Positions 62,980-64,000 of a stretch of 64,000 nt of DNA are shown one piece after another; position 1 is the first letter of the stretch, and each line of letters begins with the position of its first letter. The position numbers and the translations under genes were made by a program. Source of the stretch: a bacterium. Lineage in GTDB: Bacteria > UBA8248. The stretch is taken from contig OZ242260.1 of NCBI GenBank assembly GCA_965207065.1, positions 3,488,001 to 3,552,000 of the forward strand, in the 5' to 3' direction. The notes beneath the pieces are model-generated. The model had not been told where the DNA came from and did no database searches. It saw only the letters and a program-made list of their open reading frames with translations.

Positions 62980-63184
62980 AAGGGGAGGGGGAGGTTTGCT
63001 CTGTGACATGTCCCCACACCGACTCGCTTGCGGGCTTGCGCCCTTACCTCGTCGACTCCCCCTCAAGGGGGAGTGAATTTCCTCTCTCGTCGGTCTGCAA
63101 GAACTTGAAGGGCGGAAAGAAGTTTTCTCCCTACTCAATCGGTCCCACACGACGAATCATGAAATCGGAGTATTTCAACATCCC
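62980..63184. repeat. CTCCCCCTCAAGGGGGAG palindrome and right-hand TIR
   Basis: TCGACTCCCCCTCAAGGGGGAGTGA (near-identical to 13101-13126) and TATTTCAACATCCC at 63171-63184. Confidence 0.6.
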
Positions 63185-63242
63185 AACACGCGAGAAAATC
63201 CTCACCGAAGATGGATTAAATCTTTGAGTAGAAAAGAGCGGC

Positions 63243-63935
63243 TTAAAACTCACCTTGCGACGTGAGATTGAGATGCGACGGCACGCTTAAATCAAATTCG
63301 CTTGGGTGATATCCCACCTTTTTTGCGTTACGAATATATTTTGAAAAAATAATTGTGTTCATTGGCTTAGTATAATTTTCCCATCGAACTTTATCGTCAT
63401 CTCCATTCATTATTCCTTTGTCACTCGACAAGTCGAAGAGCTCAATTTCGTTGGGGATATTCCATATAACCGCTGGTATAACTTCTGCTATACCTTTCTT
63501 TTTTGGGGCGGGGTAGGTACAAACCAAATCCCAAGACCAAGGTATTTTGGGAAGTTTTCCACATGCAATGCCTATCCAATCCAACGCTTTCTCAAGTTCG
63601 TGTGCCTTAACCACGGCTTTGCCGTAGATCATATCTTTTTCCCAAGAGACATCACCATAAGTAATTGCCCCTCGTATCGGAAAACATTTTTCAATACCTC
63701 TCTCTAACAATAATTTGGAGAACCGGAAAAGGCGCATGACTCCGTCTTCAGAATCTTCTTCCTGTGCAAATATCGTGTCAGATGCCAGTTGGATATATTT
63801 AATGCCTGTTTCATCTCCGACATCTTTAACCAAACCAACCCAAGTGTTCATACGATCTGAGAGAATATCGTGTGATAAATTTGATGCGATATTTGAGAAG
63901 CCGAGAACATCAGCGACTAAGACATAGCTACTCAT
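63243..63935 (-). CDS. Class III nucleotidyl cyclase-like orphan protein
   Basis: VLVADVLGFS, ASDT, IRGAITYG, IYGKAVVKAHELE. Low GC, GAGGAG RBS. Confidence 0.65.
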   Translation of the reverse strand: MSSYVLVADVLGFSNIASNLSHDILSDRMNTWVGLVKDVGDETGIKYIQLASDTIFAQEEDSEDGVMRLFRFSKLLLERGIEKCFPIRGAITYGDVSWEKDMIYGKAVVKAHELEKALDWIGIACGKLPKIPWSWDLVCTYPAPKKKGIAEVIPAVIWNIPNEIELFDLSSDKGIMNGDDDKVRWENYTKPMNTIIFSKYIRNAKKVGYHPSEFDLSVPSHLNLTSQGEF

Positions 63936-64000
63936 CAGGTTCTCCTCAAATTCTCTAAGGTGCTATAGAGTCGATGATTGCGTGGGATAAGGTGTGGGTA

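Overview
Chromosomal window from a GC-rich Gram-negative bacterium. The surE-pcm...nlpD-apt-tRNA-Arg and M23-secA gene orders suggest a Deltaproteobacteria/Nitrospinota-like lineage (inference only). From left to right it contains: an MFS fragment; a FadR regulator with a three-subunit 2-oxoacid:ferredoxin oxidoreductase carrying oxalate-oxidoreductase-type signatures; an FGE-fold protein with an SH3-like insert; a tripartite tricarboxylate transporter; moeA-mobA-ridA; degP, a DUF3179 gene with an in-frame UGA (probable selenoprotein, UxxC) and lgt; a HEPN-like orphan; a catabolic cluster; M23-secA; a DtxR-family regulator ahead of an Fe(III) ABC transporter; sugar/glycerate kinases; a GldA/F/G-DUF4340 ABC operon preceded by a sigma70 promoter and a near-perfect CIRCE operator; two metY paralogs; surE-pcm; nlpD-apt; three tRNAs (Pro-GGG, Pro-CGG, Arg-CCT); and a class III cyclase-like orphan. 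Intergenic regions outside about 19-51 kb are packed with several REP-like palindrome families, often nested inside a shared TGTTGAAAA terminal inverted repeat. The central region is visibly more AT-rich and repeat-free. No CRISPR array, rRNA, integrase or transposase was seen. All family calls come from motif recognition and recall, not database searches.
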